Part shown: piece after piece, positions 1 through 9,156 of the stretch
Numbering within the stretch: the stretch's first letter is position 1
How the letters are laid out: every line of letters starts with the position of its first letter
The notes under the pieces: model-generated
Database searches by the model: none
The model's input: the letters and a program-made list of their open reading frames with translations, nothing else
What the model was told of the DNA's origin: nothing
Assembly (NCBI GenBank): GCA_963791045.1
Contig: CAWBQK010000004.1
Span: 32,001-96,000, forward strand
Source: Candidatus Latescibacterota bacterium
GTDB taxonomy: Bacteria > Krumholzibacteriota > Krumholzibacteriia > WVZY01
Direction of reading: 5' to 3'
Length of the DNA stretch: 64,000 nt
Program-made: the position numbers and the translations under genes

Positions 1-452
1 GCGAAAATATCGACCATCGCGTGATTCGGCGGCCAGAGTATATCACGGTTGAGATTGACTGATAGCTGAGGCGGCGTGGTGTCCTCCACAGTCACATAAA
101 CGGTGTCCGAGGCATCGAGCGTTCCGTCCGAGACCATGAGAACCACCATCGTACTTCCAAGATCGAAGCCGCCCGCGGTAACAGCCGTTGCCGGATTGTC
201 GAATATTACCCCGTCGGCCGACCACGAGTATGTCAACGCATCACCGTCAGGGTCGAAAGAGCCCGTTCCATCGAGTTGAACCGATGTTTTCCATTGTGAG
301 AAAAACGAACCCGCGCACTCGACGGTGGTATCCCGCCCGCCGTCAGCAACCGGCGGAGCGTTGAACGTTTGATCCTCCTCGGAAGATGCGTTGAACGCCA
401 AAATGATCGAACTCAACAGAAGACACACGACGGCAAATCCTCGGCGGCGCAT
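1..452 (-). CDS. Secreted PKD/Ig-like domain protein, partial (runs off left edge)
   Basis: Not in ORF track because it has no stop in the window. My translation: MRRRGFAVVCLLLSSIILAFNA (signal peptide), NAPPVADGG..VQLDGTGSFDPDGDALTYSW (PKD-type), VTVEDTTPP..LWPPNH. AGGAGG RBS upstream of ATG at 452. Confidence 0.85.
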   Translation of the reverse strand, partial: MRRRGFAVVCLLLSSIILAFNASSEEDQTFNAPPVADGGRDTTVECAGSFFSQWKTSVQLDGTGSFDPDGDALTYSWSADGVIFDNPATAVTAGGFDLGSTMVVLMVSDGTLDASDTVYVTVEDTTPPQLSVNLNRDILWPPNHAMVDIF

Positions 453-708
453 GTCACTCCTCCTCTCGCACTTTTCGATGTATGGTCGCAATCACGGGGT
501 ATGAACGAGACGCACCTGTGCCCGAACGCCGAAGTGCGGGCGCAGAAAATCGGCAAAAAATCTTCCTTGCTGAATCTGACCGTAGACCGGCCGCGGCGGG
601 ACCGCCGCTTCGAGCAGCGATTGGGTGCATTTCGATACCGTGATGTTCTATGGTTAACCGCGAATGATGCTGAATGCCCCACCGTCGCCATGGCGGCGAC
701 GGCGATGC

Positions 709-737
709 ATAATACCACAGATCGTCATATGCGTCAA
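709..737 (-). promoter_or_regulatory. Sigma70-type promoter TTGACG-17-TATTAT with extended -10 TG
   Basis: Near-consensus hexamers with 17-bp spacer, ~250 nt upstream of the CDS starting at 452. Confidence 0.55.
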
Positions 738-782
738 TATATTACCGGACTTACCTGCGAATCCACTCAAACACAATGCCGC

Positions 783-1151
783 CTAGCGGCCTTTCTTGAT
801 CACTCTTTTCACCTCAGAGAGCTGGGCCTTGTTCTCACGGTACTCGTGTTCGAGCCGTTCGAGCTTTTCGAGCTCATCGAGGATCGCCGTGTACCGCGCG
901 AAAAGGCTCTCGCCCTTGCTGCGTTTGTGGAGAATGACAACGCGTTTGCCAATCTTCTCATAGGTCTCGGTCATCTCGTGCTGGAGCGCCCGGTCGTTCC
1001 TCTGAAGCGAAATGAACTCCGGTGTATCCGACACTGCCTGCGACATCCGTCCGCCGACCTTTCGCGCCTCTTTCGTCGCGCGCTCGATTCCTTTGCGGAT
1101 TTGCTTGGACATCCTCGACTGCGCCGCTCCGGTCTTCTTGGGTTCCGCCAT
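783..1151 (-). CDS. Hypothetical basic coiled-coil protein (122 aa)
   Basis: AGGAGG RBS, ATG start, helical K/E/R-rich sequence, same orientation as the upstream dehydrogenase genes. Confidence 0.75.
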   Translation of the reverse strand: MAEPKKTGAAQSRMSKQIRKGIERATKEARKVGGRMSQAVSDTPEFISLQRNDRALQHEMTETYEKIGKRVVILHKRSKGESLFARYTAILDELEKLERLEHEYRENKAQLSEVKRVIKKGR

Positions 1152-1214
1152 GACAATACCTCCTATGTCACAAAATTAGGGTGTCGCGACAAGATATGCA
1201 AAACGTGTTTCGGT

Positions 1215-2375
1215 CTATTTCAATGCTTCCGTCGCGGAGAAATCACGATCGAGCCTGAAGCTCGCAAAAACATCCCCATCGGTCACCGGTTTGCCCGTCT
1301 GCATAATGCTCACGAGATCCTCGGCTAGACCGGGTCCGAGCATAAGACCCTGCCCGCATAGACCGACGGCGTAGTGGCAACCGGCGATTCCCTCGACGCT
1401 CCCGACTATCGGAGAAGCGTCGGGTGTCTGCGGGTAGCACCCGCGCCAGATCCGGCGCACACGGATGTTGGCAAGTTTGGGCAGAAGATCGACCATCTTT
1501 TGCGACACGATAGGAAGGAATGTTGCGGTCGAACTCCGGTCGGTGCCCGGGAAGATTGGATCAGGCGTCAAACAAAACACAATCTGATTCTCGTCGCCCT
1601 GGTAGAAATAACAGTTCTTCGAACCGGGAGTGGTTCGAATGTCCACGATCAGTGGATCGAACAAGCGCCCCACAGGTTCGGTGATTCCCGCTTCATGCGA
1701 GTCGGGATTAACCGGCAGATCGATCCCAACCAGATTGCCGATTTCACGCGCGTTCGCGCCCGCCGCGTTCAACACATGGGCGCACGCGTAATCGCCCTTG
1801 TCCGTCGACACCGACGTCACGCAGCCGCCGCTGGTATTGATCGCGGTCACCGTCTCGTTGAAACGATACTCGACGCCTTCGTTCTTCGACTTAAAATAGA
1901 ATGCCGTTGCACACTTCAAGGGCGACAAATTGCCGTCATCCGGCGAATAGGTGCCGCCGCGCAGATCTTTGCGACGAATCCCCGGAACGTGATCCACGAT
2001 TTCATCGGGACCGAGCCAGTCGATATTGAGGCCGTGCGATTTTTGGATGTCGAGAAGCCCTTTGAGTGTGGCCTCATCCTTCTCGTTATAAACGGGAAAC
2101 ATGTACCCGCCTTTGCGCCAGGCAAGGTCATCGCCTTCTATTTCCCGCCACTGCGAGAACACGTCGATCGACCGCAAGCACACACGGATCTTTGCCGGGT
2201 CGGAGTGCGTCGCCCGGATCCCGCCGATGGCCGCCTTGGCCTCCCCCTGCGCCGCCGACGGTCGTTTGTCGAGCACAAGCACCGACATTCCCGCGCGCCT
2301 CGCATAGAGCGCCACGGGAAGTCCGATCGAGCCCGCTCCGATAATCACCAGGTCGTATGTTTTTGACGCCGTCAT
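1215..2375 (-). CDS. FAD-dependent oxidoreductase, DAO family (sarcosine oxidase beta / proline dehydrogenase beta / HcnC-like)
   Basis: N-terminal VIIGAGSIG FAD motif, C-terminal TPDASPIVG..GLCGQGLMLGP. Overlaps upstream gene by ATGA. Confidence 0.9.
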   Translation of the reverse strand: MTASKTYDLVIIGAGSIGLPVALYARRAGMSVLVLDKRPSAAQGEAKAAIGGIRATHSDPAKIRVCLRSIDVFSQWREIEGDDLAWRKGGYMFPVYNEKDEATLKGLLDIQKSHGLNIDWLGPDEIVDHVPGIRRKDLRGGTYSPDDGNLSPLKCATAFYFKSKNEGVEYRFNETVTAINTSGGCVTSVSTDKGDYACAHVLNAAGANAREIGNLVGIDLPVNPDSHEAGITEPVGRLFDPLIVDIRTTPGSKNCYFYQGDENQIVFCLTPDPIFPGTDRSSTATFLPIVSQKMVDLLPKLANIRVRRIWRGCYPQTPDASPIVGSVEGIAGCHYAVGLCGQGLMLGPGLAEDLVSIMQTGKPVTDGDVFASFRLDRDFSATEALK

Positions 2376-4531
2376 TCGCCACCCACCTCCCCATCTCCCT
2401 CATCCACACCGGCAAAGAGCCCAAGCGGCACCTCGGTCATAAGCGGCCGCTCGTTAAAACCGGTCACCTCTTCGCGCGGGATTCCCTCCTGCCTGAAAAT
2501 AGATTGAATCAACGCGCCGCATGTCTTTCCTCCGCACGCGCCCATCCCAACCGTAAGCATCGCCTTCATCTGATTCATATCCCGCACACCCTGCCGGATT
2601 GCGTCGCGTATTGCGCCAAGTGTAATTCTCTCGCACCTGCACACGATCGTGTCATCATCAAGCCCAGGCGGCAGCACCGTCTCGATCGGCTGACACACCG
2701 CCTCGTCCTGTATCCGAAAGCCCGCGATCTTTGTCGCGAGATCGGCGTCGACCTCTATCTTAACAAGAGTCTTCTTCTGAACCAGCTCGGCAAAACCTTC
2801 AATACTGAATTCCGACGGACGAACGGCATTGTCCCCCAACGCGGGCATCCGCCGCGGGCTGAGCTTGACGATCGGCGCGTCGCAGATAAAGTCGCCTTTT
2901 CGGCCTACCGCTTTCACGATATCGCCCTTTTTGAAATCAACAATCAGCTCCAGCGGCACGGTCACATGCGCCTTGCCCTCGGGAACCCTCTTCTTCGAAC
3001 GGTCGACGAGGGTTATCGCCAGCGCCGGACACGCGATCACGCACTTCGCGCAGCCGTTGCACGCGCCGGTGTGCTCGGGCGGTTCGAGAATGCCGCCACC
3101 GAGAATCTTTATCGCACCCTCGCTGCAGACTTCCGCGCATGGGTTGCACGGAATCGATTCCGTGCACCACATCACCGGGTGGGTGTCGCCGTCCGTCTCG
3201 GGGATCACGACGTCGATGTTCTCGCGGCCGGGTTTTGATTTCAAAAGCTCGGTCATCGTCTCCCACTCTTTGGGAACGTCGACATCACGACCGTACTGTT
3301 TGGCAATCCGTCGCGCGACAAGGCGGCCCGAGAACATTGCCGCCGACGCCTCCGCAATCTCTTCGGCGTCTCCCGCCACGTGGGAATCGAGACCAAACTT
3401 GAGCGCAGCCCTGTGGAACTCGCTTATCGACTCGAGTCCGACGGCGATGAGAATCGTGTCGCACGCATAGGTCCGGTATGTGCCGGGTATGACGTTCCAC
3501 TTGTCGTCGACCTCGGCAACCGTTACCGATTCGACGGCGTCCTTGCCGTTTGCCGAAACAACCGTGGTCGATGTGTAAATCGGCACACCAAGACGCCGGA
3601 GCTTGTCGCCGTGAACCCAGTATCCGCCGATATCCGGCATCGCTTCGATGAGCCCTACAACGGCGATGCCCGCCTGGATGGCGTGATAGCCGGCAATCGT
3701 TCCGACGTTGCCGCCGCCGACAATAAAAAGTTTTTCCGATGGTCTTACGAGATCGCGATTGAGAAGCGTCTGAAACGCGCCCGCGCCATAGACGCCGGGC
3801 AGATCGCACCCGGGGAAGACGAGTGCTTTTTCGCGCGCGCCGGCGGCCACAAGAAGGCTCTTCGGTTTGATCAGTTTGTATTCGTCTCTGCTAACGACAC
3901 CGACCTTGCTCTCGGCGAACACACCGACAGCCATCGTGGATGACATGATGGTGATGTTGTCGCGCTGCATCACTTCATGAGCAAGAATCTTCGCGATGTC
4001 TATACCGCGTGTACCCGCGTAACAGTCTTTGACCGACCCAAAGAACGGGTGGGTCTGGAGAACGAGCTTGCCGCCGAGCGTGTCCTTGTCGTCGACGACA
4101 ATAACGGACATCCCCGCGTCGGCCGCCTCGATCGCGCCGCCAAGACCCGACGGTCCGCCACCTACGATGAGAAGATCGCACGAGAGTTCTTCAATGTCGT
4201 GGAGATCAACCGCTTCCCTGTCGAGATCGGGCAGCCCCGGGACACTGACGAGCGGCTGGACCTGCATTCCCTCTCTTACCGGCTCCATACACGCCTTGAC
4301 CGGTCGGCCATCGGCGATCACCAGGCACTGGGCGCACTGTCCGTTCGCGCAGAATATCCCCTGTGGGGCGCCGTCGTGCGGATGGAGCCCAAAGGTGCGG
4401 ATCCCATTGGCGAAGAGCGCGCTCGATACCATTTCTCCCTTACGGGCGGTGAGCGGCTTTCCCTGGAAGTGAAACGTAACTCTTTCGATTTCGGGAACTT
4501 GTATGACGGGGTGTTCTTCGACTCGCCTCAT
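2372..4531 (-). CDS. Multidomain 2Fe-2S / FAD-NAD / 4Fe-4S / BFD oxidoreductase (fused partner subunits of an amino-acid dehydrogenase)
   Basis: CANGQCAQC (2Fe-2S), GGGPSG and GGGNVG dinucleotide motifs, CNPCAEVC and CNGCAKCVIACP (4Fe-4S), C-terminal CRCE..CGGKTC (BFD-like). Confidence 0.9.
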   Translation of the reverse strand: MRRVEEHPVIQVPEIERVTFHFQGKPLTARKGEMVSSALFANGIRTFGLHPHDGAPQGIFCANGQCAQCLVIADGRPVKACMEPVREGMQVQPLVSVPGLPDLDREAVDLHDIEELSCDLLIVGGGPSGLGGAIEAADAGMSVIVVDDKDTLGGKLVLQTHPFFGSVKDCYAGTRGIDIAKILAHEVMQRDNITIMSSTMAVGVFAESKVGVVSRDEYKLIKPKSLLVAAGAREKALVFPGCDLPGVYGAGAFQTLLNRDLVRPSEKLFIVGGGNVGTIAGYHAIQAGIAVVGLIEAMPDIGGYWVHGDKLRRLGVPIYTSTTVVSANGKDAVESVTVAEVDDKWNVIPGTYRTYACDTILIAVGLESISEFHRAALKFGLDSHVAGDAEEIAEASAAMFSGRLVARRIAKQYGRDVDVPKEWETMTELLKSKPGRENIDVVIPETDGDTHPVMWCTESIPCNPCAEVCSEGAIKILGGGILEPPEHTGACNGCAKCVIACPALAITLVDRSKKRVPEGKAHVTVPLELIVDFKKGDIVKAVGRKGDFICDAPIVKLSPRRMPALGDNAVRPSEFSIEGFAELVQKKTLVKIEVDADLATKIAGFRIQDEAVCQPIETVLPPGLDDDTIVCRCERITLGAIRDAIRQGVRDMNQMKAMLTVGMGACGGKTCGALIQSIFRQEGIPREEVTGFNERPLMTEVPLGLFAGVDEGDGEVGGE

Positions 4532-4850
4532 TCAATCAACCTCTTCTGTCTCCCACCGACGCGTTGGCTGTCGTTGTATATTCCGCTAGTATGATTGCAG
4601 TTAGCGGTATTTTCAAGCAAAGATTTTGGTGGTTGGGCGCGCGGCGGCGCCGCCTGATACTGGACCCAACATAACACAAAATGACCTTGAATCCCATACC
4701 CTGCCATCAGCCGTGAGTGGTATAATCCGGCCTCAAAACAACAAGACACGATTTCCATGTGGAGGCGGACGACTTGTCGCAGTACGAAATTAGACTTTTT
4801 TCAACAGTCTGCTTGGGCATCGACACGCCAGCGGAAAGGGCGGGTAAAAA

Positions 4851-5792
4851 ATGTCTGTGTTTGTGACCCGATTTGCCCAATGGATTCAAGGATATTTGGA
4901 CCTGTCAATTCCCACTCTGGAACGGTTCGCCTGGACCTTTCTTGTTCTATTGATCTATCTTGTCCTGCGCTTGAGCGTATCCGCCATCCTTCACAGAAGA
5001 ATCAACGATACGTCCAAGAGATATCTTCTCATAAAATCCACGAACTACTTCCTGGGTTTTACGTTCGTGATTGTCGTGATGATCATATGGTTTGGCAACA
5101 TCACCGGTTGGGCGGCATACTTGGGAATTCTGTCCGCCGGGCTCGCAATCGCACTCCAGGATCCTGTGACGAACCTTGCTGGATGGGTTTTCATCGCCGC
5201 GCGCAAACCATTTGCGGTTGGAGACCGGATTCAAATTGGAGAGCACCGTGGCGATGTGATCGATATGCGGCTATTCCAGTTCACGATCGTCGAGATCGGT
5301 AACTGGGTTTCGGCGGATCAAAGTACGGGCCGGATCATTCACATTCCAAATGGGTGGGTTTTCAAAAGCAGCACCGCGAACTACACAGCCGGATTCAATT
5401 TCATATGGAACGAGCTGCCCATTACGGTCACATTCGAGAGCAACTGGGTGAAGGCCAAAGAAATCCTTAGTGAAATTGCTACCAAACACTCCGTTCTAAG
5501 AGGCAATGAGGCCCAGGACCAGGTTCGCAAGGCTGCCCGCAAGTATTTGATTCACTTCCAACACCTCACTCCCATCGTTTGGACTTCCGTGGTGGACATC
5601 GGTGTTACGCTGACGATTCGATATATATGTGACCCCCGCAAGCGCCGCTCGACAGAGGCCGCAATCTGGGAGGAAGTTCTCGAAGGGTTTGCTCGAGCCG
5701 AAGATATCGACTTCGCGTATCCTACAACGCGATTCTACAACAACGTTTCGGAGGGTAAACCGGAAGCACGAGCCACAACCAACGAGGGGTGA
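4851..5792 (+). CDS. mscS: Small-conductance mechanosensitive channel
   Basis: Three N-terminal TM segments, GLAIALQDPVTNLAG, KPFAVGDRIQIG, IHIPNG, DFAYP motifs. Confidence 0.9.
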   Translation: MSVFVTRFAQWIQGYLDLSIPTLERFAWTFLVLLIYLVLRLSVSAILHRRINDTSKRYLLIKSTNYFLGFTFVIVVMIIWFGNITGWAAYLGILSAGLAIALQDPVTNLAGWVFIAARKPFAVGDRIQIGEHRGDVIDMRLFQFTIVEIGNWVSADQSTGRIIHIPNGWVFKSSTANYTAGFNFIWNELPITVTFESNWVKAKEILSEIATKHSVLRGNEAQDQVRKAARKYLIHFQHLTPIVWTSVVDIGVTLTIRYICDPRKRRSTEAAIWEEVLEGFARAEDIDFAYPTTRFYNNVSEGKPEARATTNEG

Positions 5793-5839
5793 GCGACTCC
5801 TCTGAGGTAATCGCCACCCCATCGTGGTCTCTGACCTGA

Positions 5840-7360
5840 CTATAAGTATTCTCCCCTGCGCTTGAGGCTCAGTGTGATTCCACCGCCACCAAGACCCAAC
5901 ATGATCACGGACTGGACCATCGTCTTCCACTGAATCGTCTCCGACATGAAGATTGAATCAGCGAAGAACAAGACACCGGCAACCCCAAGTATCGCATAAA
6001 CCACGATCATGATCTTCCAGGCGTTGCGGTTTGTCTCCGGAGTGTCGTCGGCGAAGAATTTGTTGTAGAGAAGCATACCGAGAAAACAAACCACGCCGAG
6101 TACGGCAAAGATCCCCCAGAACAACCGAATATGCGAGAGAACATTTGCCTCGAGCGCCACGCCCGCCTGCACGAGGTCGGCAGGTGGAACCACCGGGATA
6201 AGAATCTTATCGTACATAATCGCGCCGAAGTTGGCGCCGAAGAGGCTGCCGATCACGCCGTAAAGGAACGCGTATCCCATATACACGGCCACGTTGTCCT
6301 TTGGCGCGACGAGCCCCACGTAACTGTAATATTTCGGATGCGCCGTCATCTCACCAACAGAGAACACGGCGATGCCGATGAGAAACCACCATGGACCGCT
6401 TGTTAACGCAAGAAGCAGGAATCCAAGTGCTCCAATCACAATTCCGGCGGACATCACCGGGAGCGGCTTAATATCCCTGCATATTCGACTGACGAGAATC
6501 ACACCGAGGATGATCGTCGCCGCGTTGACAATCGTGACGAACTCTGCATCGAAGGTGAAGAATTTGAGAACGGGAATGTGCGACATATATTCGGTAACGA
6601 CTGCTCGGTTGACGAAGTCCCGCAGGTACCAGAGTGCCGATCCGAACATCTGGAAGTAAAGAATCCAGAAGGTCGAATAAACCAGGATCATAAGCATGAA
6701 GCGCGAGTCGCCAAGAACCATGAGCGCCTCGTGCGCGGTGTCCCGCGCGCTCTTTGTGTTCTCTGGCTTTCCCGCGGGATCTTTGTAGAAGAACACCGTG
6801 GGGATGAGCATCAGGAAACACCAGATGGCCGAGTTCAAGAATACGTACTGCCAGCTGATTCCCTTAAGAACATTGACGATAAACGGTGCGATGAAAGCGC
6901 CCAGGTTGATGCACCAGTAGTAAACGCCGAAGCCGAATCCGCTGTTCTCTTTGGTTGTGGTCCGCGCCACAGTGCCGGTAATGATCGGCTTGAAGAGACC
7001 GCTACCCGCCGCCATAATGAGCAGGAAGAGGAAGACGAGACCGTACGAAGTGAAGTTCCCCGCCGCAAAATAACCGATGGACAGAAGCGAAAACGCGACG
7101 AGCAGCATCTTGCGGTAACCCAACCGTTCGGCAAGCGCGCCGCCGGCGATGGGCATGACATATGTCAGGGCGTAGACGAATCCCTGGAGGAATCCGACCG
7201 ACTCGACGCTGAACTTGAGATGATCATGGAGATAGACGGCGAGGATGGCGTTGAGACCGTAGTACGCCCCCCGCTCGAAAAACTCGAACATGTTGGCGAG
7301 CCAAAAAGTCCCCGGGAGGCCGCTCTTTCCCCCAGCCTTGGTCGTCACATCATCGCTCAT
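5840..7360 (-). CDS. MFS transporter, POT/peptide-transporter-like
   Basis: EFFERGAYYG (ExxER-like), GGALAERLGYRK motif A, GSGLFKP, 12+ TM segments. Confidence 0.9.
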   Translation of the reverse strand: MSDDVTTKAGGKSGLPGTFWLANMFEFFERGAYYGLNAILAVYLHDHLKFSVESVGFLQGFVYALTYVMPIAGGALAERLGYRKMLLVAFSLLSIGYFAAGNFTSYGLVFLFLLIMAAGSGLFKPIITGTVARTTTKENSGFGFGVYYWCINLGAFIAPFIVNVLKGISWQYVFLNSAIWCFLMLIPTVFFYKDPAGKPENTKSARDTAHEALMVLGDSRFMLMILVYSTFWILYFQMFGSALWYLRDFVNRAVVTEYMSHIPVLKFFTFDAEFVTIVNAATIILGVILVSRICRDIKPLPVMSAGIVIGALGFLLLALTSGPWWFLIGIAVFSVGEMTAHPKYYSYVGLVAPKDNVAVYMGYAFLYGVIGSLFGANFGAIMYDKILIPVVPPADLVQAGVALEANVLSHIRLFWGIFAVLGVVCFLGMLLYNKFFADDTPETNRNAWKIMIVVYAILGVAGVLFFADSIFMSETIQWKTMVQSVIMLGLGGGGITLSLKRRGEYL

Positions 7361-7551
7361 GCAGGACTCCTTCCACGGATTTTCGTCGTAAGAACTCGAA
7401 AGCGCCGGGCGTCTTCACCGACACCCGGCACATTCGATGATTTGCGCCATTTTAGTACGAACGGGCAATCCTCACAACCCGTTATTTTCAATCGGGATAA
7501 GGAAAGAGCCTTCCTTGAAATCAGTGGAACGCCCATCGACGGGCTGCAAAG

Positions 7552-9023
7552 CTACTCAACGCGTCCAAGAAGCTCCCCGGCGCGCGATGCCACAGCGTCG
7601 GCGATTTCGTCGTAGTTCGACATCACGGCGACAATGTACCCGCGTCGAGGTACATATCGAGCTTTGCGCTAATCCCCGAGAACCCGCCGCTGTGCCCCAC
7701 GACCTTCCCCAGGGAACCGTTATTGATTCCAAAACCAAACCCGTACCCCACTTCCGACTGCGGTGTCCACATGGTGTCGAGCGTCGCTTTGGAGACAAGT
7801 TTGCCGCTTTCGATGGCAAGCGCGAAACGGTGGAGATCGCCGACCGTGGAGAATCCGCCTCCGGCTGGCCCGCCCTTTATAACGTGCATGTACAGATTGT
7901 TTCGATAACCAAACTTCGTGTCGGAATCCGGCGTGTAACCGATCGCGAGATTCTCCACAGGGAGGTCCATCTCGTAGCTGTCCGAACGCGTCATCCCCGC
8001 GGGCGCGTAAATATTCTCGCGTATGTAGTCGAAGTAACTTCCTCCAGTAACCGATTCGATAACGACACCGAGGATCAACATTCCGGTGTTACTGTACTGG
8101 AACTCCGAACCGGGTTCGAAGGCAAGCGTCTCACCCTGTACGAGCGCCTTGAAATCATCCACATCGCGGAAGAGTGCGCGCGACCCTTTGACGTAAGCGT
8201 CATTGAAATAGCTGCCGAGCCCCGACGTGTGGCTGAGAAGATGACGGATTTTGATTTTCTTCGTCATCTCCAGCGGAAGCCAGGTTTCGTCAACGTATGC
8301 GCTTATTGCGTCGTCGTACGAGAGCTTGCCCTGTTCGACGAGTTGCGCGATGGCCGTCGAGGTAAACATCTTGTTCATCGACCCGAGATTGAATCGGGTC
8401 TCGATTGTGTTCGGTACGTGGAATCTTTTGCTCGCCTCTCCACACACATAAGTAAAGATAACGTCGTCGCCCCGGGCGACCAGCACCGTCCCACTAAAGA
8501 TATCTTTGCCGTTGAGCATCTCTACGAACTCCCTCAGTTCGTCTTTGAACCCAGCTTCAGAGAGCGGCGCTTCGACCGGGAGATTCGATGGCCGCCGTGC
8601 ATCCCCAAACCGGATTCCGGCAATCAGGTTTTTCCCGCCCTCATCGAATGACAACACGATACTGCGCCAGAATCCGATCTTCCGGTCTTTCAGGATGACG
8701 ACCGTCTGTCCCGCCCGCTCGGGCGTGTATGTCCGCACGCTGTGAAAATCGATACCACTGGTGTTGCCGAACACTTCGAGAAAGACATCGACGTGCTCCT
8801 CCATCGGGACCATCGACTTGAATTCATCGGTGCACTCGTTCTCGATAAAAGCGCGAATTCTTTCGGGATCTCCCGAGTTAACCACGTCAATCACCGAACG
8901 AATGCGTTCGCCGACCGCCCCTTCGGGTATTTTGCTGACATCCGCGTACTCCTCGGCCTGCGCCGTCACGGACACCACACACACGAGACACACCAAAAGA
9001 TAAAGCACGGCGAAGCGTTTCAT
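7552..9023 (-). CDS. Secreted serine hydrolase, beta-lactamase class C/PBP family; C-terminus frameshifted at ~7640
   Basis: Signal peptide MKRFAVLYLL with GGAGG RBS; SMNK (SxxK), LLSHTSG, YSN, HSGG. Adding one G at 7639-7641 restores DAGYIVAVMSN..GRVE* ending at 7552; the track ORF stops at 7623. Confidence 0.85.
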
Positions 9024-9084
9024 TCGACGACCTCCATTCAAACCAAAGTATTTATGCTTTGAACGCAATATCTGATTGTACGGT

Positions 9085-9113
9085 TTGACCGTCTCGCGGG
9101 TTCCACCTATAAT
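9085..9113 (+). promoter_or_regulatory. Sigma70 promoter TTGACC-17-TATAAT for the GH92-SSS operon
   Basis: Near-perfect consensus; implies the GH92 start is at 9151/9157 rather than 9076. Confidence 0.7.
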
Positions 9114-9156
9114 GAAGCCCACTTTTCATTCGAACACTACCAACGCGAGGATGGCC

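Noticed and set aside
7623-7625. Selenocysteine or stop read-through at the serine hydrolase TGA
   Set aside because: The conserved C-terminus continues in a different frame, so it is an indel, not read-through
7552-9023. Antibiotic-resistance beta-lactamase
   Set aside because: Motifs place it only in the broad SxxK serine hydrolase family; HSG replaces KTG and there is an extra N-terminal domain, so a peptidase or esterase is as likely
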